This document shows, piece after piece, positions 38,941 through 53,827 of a DNA stretch of 64,000 nucleotides (its first letter is position 1; each line of letters starts with the position of its first letter). The notes below the pieces were generated by a model. That model ran no database searches, was not told the origin of the DNA, and saw only the letters and a list, made by a program, of their open reading frames with translations. Source of the stretch: Octopus sinensis (lineage: Eukaryota); the NCBI RefSeq assembly GCF_006345805.1, contig NC_043010.1, positions 37,138,001 through 37,202,000 on the forward strand. Direction: 5' to 3'. Position numbers and translations under genes: made by a program.

Positions 38941-40440
38941 TCTTTTGTTTATGTTTATTTAACCTCTCCAATCTTCCATCCACAGAAGCAGTCCAGTAAT
39001 TTGGCATTGTGTAGGAAATTCTCTAAAAATGTTTGCCCAAAACCTTATTGATTGTTGTGCATGCAAGCAGAAATTATGATAGAGCAATCTACAGTGAAAT
39101 TGTCTGTTGAAGCTTCTTAACTTGTGAGCAGATAATCAATACCTGCTGCTGCCGTTGCTGCTGCTGCTGTTGATACTATTATTGTTGTTTCTGCTGTAGT
39201 TGTTGCTTCAGTGGTTGTTGTTCTTCTTGTTCTTTGTCTTTCATCCTTCCAGACACAGCATAATAAAGTACCAGTAATATATAGAAACAGAAGCAGTCAA
39301 CTGCACTTTCCTTCTTTAGAGGTTGTCTTCGTTATATGAGTGAGTGGTTGGTTGGTCTTATGCCTTAGGATGACACAATTATTAGACACAATTATTAATA
39401 TTTTTGATGCTGCTGGTATCATCATCATCATCATTATTATTATTATTATTATGGCCTTGTATCTAGTCTTAATACATGTTTCTGTTTTGGTTTTTATTGT
39501 TGTCTTGTTTTGTTTTTGAATCCATTATAAATGCTTTCATGGGAAAGATAGTTTATTTGCTGGAGAAATTGTTGTTTTACAGATGGATGCCCTTTACTAC
39601 TACTACTAATAATAATAACCTCATGGTTACGAAGTGGAGAGTGGAAACTTTTTGTGTATATATGTGTGTTTAGTCAGGCAAAAGGAGAGAAGCAGTAGAA
39701 TTAGGTACCCTACTCAGGGTCACAACATCAAGTCAGTAGTGTAGGTTGATATAAAGCTGTGGGCAAGGGTCAGAGCCACAAAAGAAAGTATTAATTACAT
39801 ATTGGGATCCAGTCCTCTGCTAACATAACTTGGGGTTGAAATTTGACCAAGAGCAACCCTTCTTGGTCATCATCTTTTTAGGGTTCATCAAAAACAGTAC
39901 CAAACCAGTACTATATGCCTCTCCAAAACTTATTACCCTATACCAATCTAAGAGATTATTGTTATCCTCTTTGCCTGACCATTCTGTTCCTTGACCCTTA
40001 TCCTCCTTGTCTTCCCCTCCTTACCGCTCATCTTCCTTGTCCTCTTCCACACCCTCCTTCTTCTTCTTGGCAGACACAGTAGCACATGAGACAAAATTAT
40101 ATAGTTAAGGTATTTTATATTCTGATTTCAAATCCAGCCTGGTCAACTTTGTCTTTCATCCATCTGGGATCAGTTTAATTGCTGAACACCTTCCTTCAAA
40201 GTTTCTCATCTTCTTCCTGTGTCAGAACCATTCTGGAAGAATGGTTAAGAGCCAGACAATACTTTGTTTTATTTCTTCCAGCTTTTTATATTCTGAGTCT
40301 AAGTTTGACCAAGGCCAACTTTGAGTTTAATCCTTTTGGGTGTTGGTAAAATTCATACTGGAGGTTGACAGTATCAATTTGCCCTCCCCCACTTCATTGC
40401 TACCCTTCAAATTGTTGGGTTTGTGCCAAAATTAGAAAGA

Positions 40441-40482
<42 letters not shown>

Positions 40483-40517
40483 TTAAAAGGATTGATTTAA
40501 CTCATCACAAAGGTAAA

Positions 40518-40662
40518 CAGTCAAGACAGAGCGTGATTGTAATAGATATATTATTGGTTGAACGATATTTCGACTGTAAGTCTGTCTTTGTCGAGTTACT
40601 GTCGAAATATCATTCAACCAATAAAATATCTATTACAATCGAATCACACTGTACGTCTTGAC

Positions 40663-40664
<2 letters not shown>
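40518..40664. mobile_element. Fold-back MITE inside a (TAT)n tract
   Basis: CAGTCAAGAC...GTCTTGACTA ends, about 60-bp imperfect arms; (TAT)n on both sides. Confidence 0.75.
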
Positions 40665-40702
<38 letters not shown>

Positions 40703-40704
<2 letters not shown>

Positions 40705-40925
40705 GGCAGTGAGTTGGCAGAATTGTTAGCACACCTGGTGAAATGCTTAGCAGTATTTTATCTGCCACTACATTTTGAGTTCAAATTCCACTGAGGTCAC
40801 CTTTGCCTTTCATCCTTTCAGGGTCGATAAATTAAGTACCAGTTGGGCAGGATGGGGGTCAACGTAATCAACGTACCCCATTCCCTGAAATTACTGGCCT
40901 TGTGCCAAAATTTGAAAGCATTATT
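40703..40925 (+). mobile_element. Family B SINE
   Basis: TAAGGCAGTGAGTTGGCAGAA head, GAGTTCAAATTCC B box, CCTTTCATCCTTTCAGGGTCGATAAA core. Confidence 0.85.
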
Positions 40926-42167
40926 ATATTTCTCGTTATGTGTGGTCCTAGATGAGGCATATGGAACGTGTAGTGTTTTGAAAATGTAGCAAACATGTAG
41001 GATTGTGGTATCTTCTATGTTTTACTTGCTTCGGTCATTGCACTATGGTCATGCTGGGGCACTGCCTTAATGATTTTAGTTGAACAAATGAACCCCAATA
41101 CCCATTTTTCTTTGTCTTTTCGAGTCTGCTACTCATTCTGTCAGTCTCTGTTGCCAAACCACAGTTACAAGGATATAAATAAACCAACACCAGTGGTAGG
41201 GGACAAACACAAAGGCAGAAACACACACACACGCATGCACACATATGTATACAGCAGGCTGCCACACAGTTTCTGTCTACTAGATTCTGTCATAAGGTAT
41301 TGGACCAGCCTGGAACTGTAGCAGACAACTCTTGCCCAAGGTGCCATGCAGTCAGACTGCAAAGTGAACTTCTGAACTACATAGCCAGGTCAGGGTGTAG
41401 TAGATACAGGAGAGAAAACAAACAACTTTTAGTGTACCAACAACAGGTAGAGCATCAACAATATCAACAACAACAGTGACAGTCTGTCCTAAGAAACAGG
41501 CAAAGGCTTGCATGTGAAGTACAATTGATGAGAGGCTGTACACCTTGGAGACTGGCTGCAGATGGCGGGTATAGGCCGACTGGAGAGCTGCAAATTGTTG
41601 CAACGAAAACACTGGTGATAGACATAGCAAAAGAGGAAGAGCCGGCTACAGAACTGATTATTACGATGGTGATGACAGCTAGAACAACAACAACAATTAG
41701 GGCAATGTTAACGAGCAATCAGGACAACAACACAAACAATTAACACAACTGCAACATCGACAATGACAACAATATTTACCACTGTATCGTTGACCCAATT
41801 ATCAACATCAACATCAGCATCATCATTATTATCATCACCAACACCATCATCATCATAAACATCATCCCTGTCGTCATTATGCATGACAACATAACAACAA
41901 CAGCATTATATATACACAACAGCTTGGAAATTTTTAATCTTTCACTGATTTCATTAAAATAATTTTTTTCTTTCTTTTTTTCCATTTTTAAAATTTTATT
42001 TTTATCCTTCATGTTTTTAATATTTTTATTGAAATGGAAATTGTTTTCTGAAATTGAAGATATAGCTGTGTGTGTGAATATATGAATATGTATGTATAAA
42101 TTGTGTGAATATTTGGTTGGAGTCATGTGTAACAATGTGTATGTACGTATTGCCATTTATATTTGCA

Positions 42168-42198
<31 letters not shown>

Positions 42199-43198
42199 AT
42201 ATATATTTGTTATGCATTTCCCTTTAACTGGCATGAATTTTGACTAATAAAGCTGTGAGATGTTAAATCTTAGTATATTAGCAAACACATACACATATAT
42301 GCATGTATGTATGTATGTATGCTCGTATTGAAATATTGAAATGTATGCTCATATCGAAATTACTTTCTCATACATATACTTACAGACACACACACATACA
42401 CACATGCACATACGCAAATGTGTGATGCTTGTAAAAGATTACCAAGCTAGAATATCTTAGCTTGTGTTATAAAATTAATAAACAAAAACTGTTCATTGAG
42501 GATTACTTTACAGCTTTTAACATAAATATAATAACAACAACCACAATAATAACAACAACAATGATGACAACAGCTTTTATGAATAAATGCAATCAACAAT
42601 AACAACAGCTTTTAACAACTCTACTACTACTACTACTACTACTACTACTATTACAATATTAACAACAGCAACCATGTAACAACAACAATAGCAACAAGTA
42701 CAACAGCTTTTAATAAAACAAACATCTTTTAGCAACAGTGTACAACAATAATAATAATAACATCTCTTAGCAAAATTACAACAACAACAACAACTGGTAA
42801 CTACACAAAAGTACCTTGTGGTTTTGTTTTCTCTTTGTAAATATTTTATTTCATTGTATTTTTTTTAAAATTTTTATTTTAGTTATTTTTGTTGTTTTTT
42901 TTTTTTGCTTTCTTTTTCTAATGAAATTCTTCTCTGAACAATTTCCTTCCATCACTCATCTTTCTTCCTTTCATATGAAACTGATGCTGCTACAGGGAAT
43001 TATATATATATATACTCACACACACATGCACAAACAAATATCATAATCATCATTTAATGTCAGCTTTCCACGCTAGCATGGGTTGGACAGTTTGACTGGA
43101 GCTGGCAAAACCAGAATCCACACTAGGTTTCATTGCCTGTTTTGGTTTCTACAGCTGGATGCCCTTCCTAATGCCGACTACTTTACAGAGTGTGTGTG

Positions 43199-43261
<63 letters not shown>

Positions 43262-43396
43262 ATTCCCAGCTGTAGAAATCATGCAAAGCAGACAATGAAA
43301 CCTGGTGCAGCTCCCAGGCTTGCCCTCTCCATGTCAAATTATCCAACACATATCAGCATGGGAAAACAGAAGTTAAATGATAATGATTATTATATA

Positions 43397-43745
43397 TATA
43401 GGAGTGGCTGTGTGACATGTAGCTTGCTTACTACTGCATGACACCTTGGGCAAGTGTCTTCTACTATAGCCTCAGACCAACCAAAGCCATGAGAGTGGAT
43501 TTGGCAGGCAGAAATTGAAAGAAGCTCATCATATATGTGTGTGTGTGTGTTTGTGTTTGTCCCACCAACATTATTTGACAACCAATGTTGGTGTGTTTAC
43601 ATCCCCGTAACTTAGCAGTTCGGCAAAAGAGACCAATAGGATAAGTACTAGGCTTACAAAGTATAACTCCTGGGGTCGATTGTTTGACTAAAGGTGGTGC
43701 TCCGGCATGGCTGCACTCAAATGACTGAAACAAAAGAATGAAAGA
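43397..43745 (+). mobile_element. Family A SINE (head partly deleted)
   Basis: Matches 15151-15549. Confidence 0.8.
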
Positions 43746-43777
43746 ATATATATACATGCACATACATATTCTATGTG

Positions 43778-43966
43778 GGTACATCTCCTAGCTTTGGGTA
43801 AAAGAAAATACTGGAGGATCAGTTATGATTTTATTCAACATATTCCCCACTCAGATTCTCACATTTAATGCAATGGTCCTTCAGTTTTTCTAACCTCTGT
43901 AAAAGAACTCAGAAGGTGGGGCCGCCAACCAGGCTTTTCCCAATACTCCCAAAGCCAGCCAGGAAC

Positions 43967-43975
<9 letters not shown>
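43778..43975. mobile_element. Mariner-type MITE, degenerate copy
   Basis: Colinear with 60358-60564. Confidence 0.7.
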
Positions 43976-43998
<23 letters not shown>

Positions 43999-44454
43999 CT
44001 GTGTATCATTATCTTGGTCATCATCATTAAATGTCTATTTTCAATGCTGACATGAGTTGAACAGTTTGACAACAGCTGGCAAGCCAGAGGACTGTACTAT
44101 GCACCAGTGTCTGCTTTGGCATGGTTCCTACAGCTGGATTCTCATTCTAATGCCAATCACCTTACAGAGTGTGGTGAGTGGTTTTTGCATGGCACCAGCA
44201 CCAGTGCGTCCCCTTGGAGATTGCAAGGCAACAACACCTGGACTGAACTGGACTGGACTGGAACTGCGAGTAGTACAGAAGGAGGTGGGTTTGTGCCAGC
44301 TGAAGAGAGGTTGGAAGAATAATAGAGGGACAGAGATAGCTGTCTTGCTATAGAACAGATAGGAGGATATTCCAGTTGGAAAAAAAAATGGGAGAGAAAG
44401 AGAGACTTAAAGAAAAAGATAGAGAGTAAGAGAAATGGAGATATATATAGATTT

Positions 44455-44895
44455 ACATGTGTATATATGTACATATATATATGCATTTATGTACATATAT
44501 ATATATGTGTGTGTGTGTATGTACATATATATGTGTATATATGTACATACATATATGTATATATGTACATATGTATATATGTACATATATATGTATATAT
44601 GTACATATATATATATGTGTATACATGTACATATATATATGTGTATACATGTACATATATATATGTGTATATATGTACATATATATATGTGTATATATGT
44701 ACATATATATATGTGTATATATGTACATATATATGTGTATATATGTACATATATATATGTGTATATATGTACATATTTATATATATATATGTAAATATGT
44801 ACATATATGTGTGTATATATGTACATATATATGTGTGTGTGTGTATATATTTATATATATGTGTGTATATATGTACATATGTATGTGTGTGTGTA
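44455..44895. repeat. Compound (TA)/(TGTACA) microsatellite
   Basis: About 20-bp unit ATATGTACATATATATATGTGT repeated. Confidence 0.95.
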
Positions 44896-45824
44896 TTTTA
44901 CTTTAGAGTTACTATTAGTAGCCATATTCTTTGGCAAAGTGAATTTCAAGCTGCCTGTGTTTGACTTCCCAAACTTCAATCACAGCCACTGACTAACCTT
45001 TCACTGTTAAACCATTCCACCAACTCCCTCGCTTCTTCCTCCCCTCCACCACTTCCCACTGATTGTAAGCAATTTAGACAGTTTATACAGTACCAACACA
45101 GTCATGCATATAGTTACACACATAAGTACAAACACACACACATGTAAATAAATAAATAAATAAATAAATACATACATATATACACACACATATATATATA
45201 TATATATATGTATATACACACACACTCACACACACTCTCATGCTTCCCAAATGAATTAGATAGCTGAAATAGAATGAAATTTTTCTCTTTGCTTTTTGGG
45301 TGGAAAAAAATTTCTTTTCCAAGTCTGGGTTTTCTTGTTTTGTACATTAATATTTTATTTTTTAAATTTATTCTTATTTATTTGTTTATTTATTGTTTCA
45401 GTTATTTTGTATCCTCTCTCTCTCTCTCCCTCCCTCCGTGTGTGTGTATATATATATATATATATATTATATATATCCTTCCTCTCTTGTATGTGTGTCT
45501 ATGTGTCTACATCCTATACATTGCTGTTTGTAAGCTTCTGTTTCTATATGAATTTGTGTATATCTATCTATCTATCTATCTATTAATCTAGATAGATAGA
45601 TTACATAAATGCATACATACAAATGTACATAGTGATATTTTTGTGTATGTCTCTCAGGTTGTAATGTATGTGTGCATGCAATGCACACAGATGTGCACAC
45701 TATATGCATATCCAGCTTGTTTGTTTTGTTTTTGTTTTGTTTTTCTAAAAATATTTCATTTGCAATACTTCCAAAGCTGAGTAAGGCTTTAACAATACAT
45801 TGGAGATAGATCTTCAAATGTCTT

Positions 45825-45950
45825 TTAAGAACTGGCAGCGGCAATGGCAGCGGCGATGTTGGCGGTGTATACTGTTGAGTTTTCAAGGTGGCAGGGTATG
45901 GTTGGGTTGGTGCTGCTGTAGTGGTTGGGTGGTTGGCACAGATGGTGCTG
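45825..45950 (-). CDS. Candidate terminal exon, low complexity
   Basis: Acceptor ctccttccatAG; phase-0 frame ends ...VYTANIAAAIAAASS-stop; locally CpG-rich; A-rich sequence follows. Confidence 0.2.
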   Translation of the reverse strand, partial: QHHLCQPPNHYSSTNPTIPCHLENSTVYTANIAAAIAAASS

Positions 45951-48900
45951 CTATGGAAGGAGCTGATGTGATGTGATGTGATGTGATGTGTGTGTATGAG
46001 AGAGGGCTACAGAAAAAGAGGGGTTGACTGTTGCTATTGGGTATGACTGCTGTTTGTTGATGTTCTAGTATTTGATGCTGTGTGTGTATGTGTGTATATG
46101 AGTGTATATGCATGTGTATATGCATGTGTGTGTGTTTGTAGTTGGGGGAAGGGTGTGACGTGATGGGTTTTATTATAACTTTTCTTCCGTATGTTTTTGA
46201 TTTTGTTTTTTGCCAAATTATTGTCATCGTGGGTGATGATGCAATGAAACTATGATCTTCATCATCATCATAGTCTATAAACCATGAAAGGTTTTGCTCC
46301 AGCATGGCCAAGTCATGATAACTGAAACAAACTAACGAATATCATTGTCATCATCAACATTATCTTTGTCATCATTATCATCATCATCATGATTGCATAA
46401 GCCGACTTTGTTTATGTTTATGATAATATCATCTTAATAGCAGATAATTTACGATGTTGATGATATATTATGTATAAACCAGACTAATTATAATAAAAAT
46501 AATAAAGATAATATCACAGCGTTATTGATAATATCGGTATAGTTATGACAGTGAGGATTTTTATACATAATTAATTACAATGATTATATTTGACCATGAT
46601 GTTACGTCATAACGGTGAATGCTGATACAGTTACTATTGTTATTAGTAAGAGGACCAGGGTGGTGGTGGGGAGGAGGAGGATAATTGAAATATGAAATAT
46701 GAAGATTTATCACATATCAAGTATATTTATCACACTGATGGTGATGCCATAATTGCTGTGTTTGTGGTGCAAATGAAGTAGCTGCTTTTTATTTATCTTT
46801 TTACATCAATGATTATATCAAATTTATGACTTTTGATGGCTTCATCTCTGTATTTGCGACTTGGCATAATAACTCAGGGATAGCTACCGCCTGACAAGGT
46901 CGCAATAAGACCAATACATGTCTGGAGTTGTCTCCTCTTTTTGCAAAAATAATGAAAATAAATAACTAAATATGTTGCATAATTGTTTCTAATTTGCTTT
47001 TTCTAATATGCCTTGCAATATTGAATCATCATGGTGATTGCTTGGATCAGATAGAATTAATTGTGACAGATTTTCTATGGCTAAGTGCCCTTTCTGTTGC
47101 CAACTTCCACCTGTTTCCAAGCTAGACTTATATTTCCCCATCACCAGAAATATTTTCAGGGAACATTGGAAATGATTAATACAGCTTGTATAAGGGTAGG
47201 TTCTTGTCATGAAGGAACTAGGTGGTTACCCATGTTTATGAGAATAGCCATGTAGTTTCTCTACAACAAGAACCTGTTCTATTCAGACCTCCTCCCTCAT
47301 GTTTTAGCCCCCGTCTAGCTTGCAGATCCAGCATCCTCTTGCAATAGGTTTGTTGACTTGTGAGCTACATGGTGACTTCAGTAGTGCTGTTGGCACAAAA
47401 AAACACATCCAGTACACATTGTGAAGTGTTGACGTTTGGAGGGGCAACCAGCTGTGGGAACAATACCAAAGCAAACACTAGAGCATGGTGCAGTCCTTTG
47501 ACTCATCAGATCCTTGTGAAACCATCCAGCCCATACCAGCATGGAACACGGTATGGATTGAATGATGATAATAATGATAATACCATGGTGGTGGCAAGAC
47601 AGCAAAGTACAAGAATAGACACACCCATGTGACATACCTCTTTCACTTTCCATTCATTAGCGCTATGATATAAGATACTTGTCTAAGATGCCATGCAGTG
47701 GAACAGAACCCCCAAAATCATGTAGTTGGGATGCCAACTTCTTAACCACATCACCATGCCAGCATCTTCTATCATAGTTCATTTCACACTTTAGATGTCT
47801 TATAAGAAATGTTAAAAGTCAAGCACATTATGTGACTGATATTTAATGTAACACCCTTTGAAAGATGAACAGTACAGTTGAAAACAGTGGGATTTGAACT
47901 TAGAAAGTGAAGTATTCTGGCTGTGGCTGTGTGGTAAGAAGCTTCTTTCTCAACCTCATGGTTCCAGGCTCTGAAAATATTTTGGCAAATTAAATTTAAA
48001 TGTTGAAGTGAATCTAAAGGTTTTTCTGAGTTTCTTAAGTGGATTATAAACACCTTCCATGCTGCAATTGTTTAAAATAATTTTTTATTCTCCAAAATGA
48101 AATGAAACTAACAGTAATATGGAAAATAATGTTTATTTTTGTATATCTCAGCTTTATTTATATTTGTAAAGTTTTCTCCTATTTTTTTTATAATTACAGT
48201 CTTTGATCAAATTCTCACTCACTATGACTCCATAAACACTTCGAAATTATATTTCCAATCACATAAACCATTTTGAATATTATTTTAACACGTTTAAAGT
48301 GGTTTCTTTGGTATCGTAAACCATTTACCAATTCTGTGGTGCCCACCATCTCCCTTGATGCCCTAAGCATGTTCTTATTTTGCTTTATGGTTAATCCAGT
48401 GCTGCCTGTAATAAACAAGGTATGAATACTTGATGCCTTCAGAATATCAAATCCTGGCTGCAGCAAACCTGACGAGATGCTCTAAGGTTGAAAGTGCAAT
48501 ACTTTGGCAGATCTTTTATGATCTTTGCTGAGCAGTTGTTATTTTAACCTCAAAAGTAGTTTCCAGACAAACAGACTGTAAAATGTGTTTTCTTATTAAT
48601 ATTTAATACCTTTGACTGTACGAAATATTTACATGTTGTGTAACTTTCTACGCGATGCAGTGTAATAATGTTGAACATTACAAAATAATAATCCTCATTA
48701 TTGCAATCATTCATCACTATTATCTTAATTATCATAATCTTCCTCGTTATATCATGAAAATAGTCATTGTTGTCATCTTCATCATCATTATCGTTATCAC
48801 AGTAATTATCATCATAATATAACCCCCCACCATTACTAGCACAATAATAACCATAAGAAGAAGAATTTTCCGATGTTGGCACAAGGCCAGCAGTTTTTGA

Positions 48901-49567
48901 AGGGATGGCTTTAGTCAATTACACCAACTCCATAACAATTAAATTCTTCACCGTTTTACTCTTCTCTAGAGAGGGTCTCATCTATTTATTATTCATTTAT
49001 TTGCTAACATACATTCATACATACACACACACATACACACACATAGCGCCACCACCACCTCCACCACACCACCTTGAATTTCTAAGCTTTATTGCTTTTC
49101 TCAGCAATATATGGTAATATATAATAATACCACCCAACTTGCTTAACATTAACCAAAACCTATTTTCTTCTCACCTGCTTTCATCTCTCTCTCTCTCTCT
49201 CTCTCCTCTCTTTCTTTCTCTCAGAGCTTGCTGGCTCTATGTAATTTTCAACATCTTTCCTTTTCAAAACTTAATTCCTTTACTCAGTTCAAAAAAAGGT
49301 AAAAGAAAGAAAGAAAAAGTTTAAAAAATTATTTTATTGTCGTCTTCCTTCTTTCCCTTCTCCTCTTGTATCTTATCTGCAATTAAAAAGCTTTTGCTTC
49401 TGTGATTTCATTTCAGGTGTTGGGTGGAAGGGTGGATGCGATTAAGTGATGTGTATGTGTGTGTGTATGTGGTTATATTTAGTTCTATGGATCTGCTGAA
49501 AGTAAAAATGAAATCTGTGTGTGTGTGGATTTTGAGATATGCATGTATGTATGTGAATATGTGTGTA

Positions 49568-49610
<43 letters not shown>

Positions 49611-50494
49611 TACAGACACATACTTTCTGTATTCATTGTGTGTGGGTTTGAATGTGACTTGTGTAGGCATTTGTGATTGCACCATCTTAGATGCCATACT
49701 TAATTTGTTACATTTTAAAGCAGAATTGAACTACATTCAATAAGAATTCTCTGAACAGAGCCAGTACCATCACTACCACCACCACCCAAACACTTGTATG
49801 TACATGTGTGGTTGATATATGAATATGTACGCACACACATACTGTATAATACGACGTTGTTACTTCATTATTCTTTTGTTTTAAATTCATCCATGATTTG
49901 TGTGTGTGCGTGTATATACGTGTATGTATAGTGTTTACAGGAAGATATATATTACATGGAGCATTTGTAAAGTTTAAGCTTGGAAACTAATTTGTTAACT
50001 AATTTACAAATAACATAGGTTTTATGTTTGGTAACTTATTCTTTTGGCCACCTTACATATATACATTACATAAACAATTAACGTGTGTATGTACTGTTGC
50101 AATAAGTCTCAAATTGTCATCTTCCTTGCCAAAGATCAGACTTTTTCTCAACTGAATGCCTTCCATTTAAGTTTTAATTCAGATTTAAAAGTTATCTCCC
50201 TTATTTTTATTGGCAGGAATTAATCAATGAAGCAAATGTTTTTGTTTTCATTGTGGATTTACTTTTAATTTATAGAAGCTTTTTCTTTGTGATGTATGCA
50301 TGTGCATATAATCCAAATAAGACAAAGAACAATTGTAATATGTCTTTAATGATCAGCTACAGTTGTTTCTGCACCAGTTCATACAAAAGTGCTGAGTGAA
50401 AATTTACGTAATATATGTGGTTTCGGACATTTGAGTGGAACTTCTTCAGACCTACATCAAAGGTGCTTTCTTACATTGTCTACCAGACTTTTTG

Positions 50495-50850
50495 TTTTAC
50501 TATCATTACCAGTGTTGCCTTACTGGCACTTGTGCTGGTGGCATGTGAAACAAAACATTCGAGCAAGGTTGTAGCCAGTGCCGCTGGACTGACTTCTGTG
50601 TAGGTGGCACATAAAAAGCACCATTTGAGCGTGGCTGTTGCCAGTACCACCTGACTGGCCCTCGCGCCAGTGCCACATAAAAGCATCCACTACTCTCTCG
50701 GAGTGGCTGGCATTAGGAAGGGCATCCAGCTGTAGAAACTCTGCCAGATCAGATTGGAGCCTGGTGCAGCCATCTGGTTCGCCACTCCTCAGTCAAATCG
50801 TCCAACCCATGCTAGCATGGAAAGTGGACGTTAAATGATGATGATGATGA
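50495..50850 (+). mobile_element. Family C repeat
   Basis: Matches 5330-5690 with (GAT)n tail. Confidence 0.85.
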
Positions 50851-50902
50851 GAGGAAATAAAAATAGACAAAAATGAAAATTGCATGTGTGTTTGTGTTTA
50901 TA

Positions 50903-51385
50903 TATCATCATCATCATCGTTTAACATCCGTTCTCCATGCTAGCATGGGTTGGACGGTTCGACCGGGGATCTGGGAAGCCAGAAGGCTGTACCAGGCTCC
51001 AGTCTTATCTGGCAATGTTTCTACAGCTGGATGCCCTTCCTAACGCCAACCACTCCGTGAGTGTAGTGGGTGCTTTTTATGTGGCACCCGCACAGGTTCC
51101 AGGCGAGGCTGGCAATGGCCATGGTCGGATTGGTGCAATTTACGTGCCACCGGCACGGAAGCCAGTCGAGGCGGGGCTGGCATCGGCCACGAGTCGGATA
51201 GTTCTTTTTACGTACCACCAGTCCAGGGGTCCTGGCATCTGCCGGGTGCCAGTCATAGGATTGGTTCAATTCGATTTCGATTTCACTTGCCCCAACATGT
51301 CTTCGCAAGCAAAGGGGGTTGGCATGGGTGCCTGTCGTTGGTTGAGGTTCTATATCGACTTCGCTTGCCTCAACAGGTCTTTGTG
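50903..51385 (-). mobile_element. Family C repeat, longer CpG-rich variant
   Basis: (CAT)n then CGTTTAACATCCG...GCTGGATGCCCTTCCTAACGCCAACC. Confidence 0.8.
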
Positions 51386-53792
51386 TCCAAGGGATATATA
51401 TATATATACGCACACACACAAACATATGTATATACACATACATACATATATAATGCAAATGAGATAAAAGAAATAACTCAGGCTAATCAGTGTCATGTAT
51501 ACAAGCAATATAGACAAATCCAGGTATATCAAATACTATATAACATAAATTCTTGGTTTATTAAAATTATCTCCACTTTTAGAGGATGTGTCATAATAAC
51601 CAAATTGTAATGGAGAACAGCTTCATATGGAAAGGAGAGATAACCTTAAAAATCAAGAATTCTTCAAGGTTGACATGTCATTCAAGAAAATGGACAGGCT
51701 TATTGTTTAGAGACAAGAGGACAGCCATGGACAACTGTGTTTCTGTCTTAGTAGGCATTATCCTAAACTATTTCCAGCTGGCAAGGGACATAGGGGTATT
51801 GTTTGTCTTTTGCTTGTTTCAGTCTCTAGACAGCAGCCATGCTGGGGGATCACTTTGAAGGGTTTGAAACAAATAAATCAACCCCTGTATTTGCTTTTTT
51901 TTTTCTTTTGTTTTTTTTTACATATAATATGTATTCTATCGGTCTCTTTTGCAAAAACCACTAAGTTACAAGGATGTAAACAAACCAACACTGGATGTCA
52001 AGCAATGGAGGAGGTGACAAACACAGATGCAAGAACACATAGACATATATGCATGCACACACACACACACACTCACACATTGGGATTGAACCCCAAGCCA
52101 CATGGCTGCAAAGCAAGCTTCTTACCCATAAGCCATGAAATTATTATTTTTTTTAATACTTCATCCTTACAATCTACTGTCTTTTAAAAAGTATTTAAAA
52201 CAACATGGAATGACACAATGGCCATGTCTCTCAAAGAAAAAAGTAGGAGAGTCATGGGTGGATTCCACTCTGTTCAATCAAAAAATACCTTCTGTTTAAT
52301 CATGACTGGTGTCTGTCTGCTTTACTTTTCATCTGGCCAAGGTCAATAAAAAAAAAATAAAGGTACCGATAATATAGCCATGTCCTTTCAATCAACTGTT
52401 CCCTTCCTGTGTAGAATTCTGCATCTTATGTAATCCAAAGAAATCAATAACAATGGTCTTGATTTGTGTATGTGTGCAGGGGTGGGGTTGGGGTGGAAGG
52501 GAATGTATTTGTTTTAAGACTTTGATTATCTTGGAGGCACTTTGATAGGAATGTATGATGTTCATTCTTTCTCTGTGTTCACTGTGAGTGAACCTATGAT
52601 TAATGATGATGATGATGGCAATGATGATGATGATGATGATGATAGTGATGGTGATTTTGATGATGTGAGGAAGAAAGTTGAAAAGAGGAATCATTGACAG
52701 ATGTAGAGGTGAAGGCTTTTCTTTGTGTGCGTGTGTGTAAGTGGCTGTGGCAGTGTCCATGGTGGTGGTGGTGGTGGTAGTGGCAATGGCGGTGGTGGTT
52801 GTTGGTGGTGGCAGTGGGGTTAGGGTTATCTAATTGCTATAATTAATGTATTCAGTGAGGTCTGCAAGGTTTCCCAGAATCCATGCTGTGAAGAAGATGC
52901 TTTAACATTCTTGTGCAAGTAATTTACAGACACATGAACCAATAACACCATCACCATCGTCACCACCACCACCATCGCCATCATCATCATCATCATCAAC
53001 ATTATCAGCACCACTAACACCACTGCCCCTGCCATTGTCACTGGTTCCAGCCCACTTCGCTACCACTGCTTTCTGCTTTCTCTTAAAGCTTGCAGAGAGA
53101 GACAAGCACCAAGGAGATGAAGAATTGGTTTTGCAAGGCAGAGGAAGTAGAGCTGGGGGTGGGGGTAGGGAAGGGAAGGACCGAGTAGTGATGGTGGTGG
53201 TGATGATATGGAGTAGTCTTTGCGGCAAAGGAAGTTAGAGGAGGTGTGGGGAGAGGAAGGTTTGTAAAAATGGCATGGGATTCTAGGGATGGTGCAGTGG
53301 TGATGATGATGATGATGATGATGATGATCATGGGGGTGGTGGGACAGAAGCTTCTTAGGTGGAAGTTATGCAGTGTGCTATGGTATTGTATAGTTTGGTT
53401 TTGGTTTTGGTTTGGTATCCTATGGCACTGTGTGAGGGAGGTGTGTATGTGTACTAGGGGGCCTGGTTGCTATTGATGATGGTGAGGAATTCTCATCTAA
53501 TGCTTCTACTTTCTGTCTGTGTGTGTGTGTGTGTGTCTGTGTATGTGTGTGTGTGTGTGTAAGTGCAGCAGATTAAACATTGAATTACTCTTCCTACAAT
53601 ATTATTTTATTGTTTTTCTTTTTATTTGATTTTATTTCGTTTCCTCCCTCCCATCTTTGTTGTTGTTGCAGCTGCTGCTGCTGCTGGGTGTGGAATTTAC
53701 ATAAAGGTGGTGCTCTCGTTTTCTTTATGTTCTTTACCTTGAAAATTATGTAAGTTACACACATACTCTCTCCTTCTCTCTCTTCCCCTGTG

Positions 53793-53827
<35 letters not shown>

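Noticed and set aside
48430-48530. CTGACGA...GAAA hammerhead or BovB-like LRLKVQYFG peptide
   Set aside because: Stem II does not pair; the peptide match is too short.
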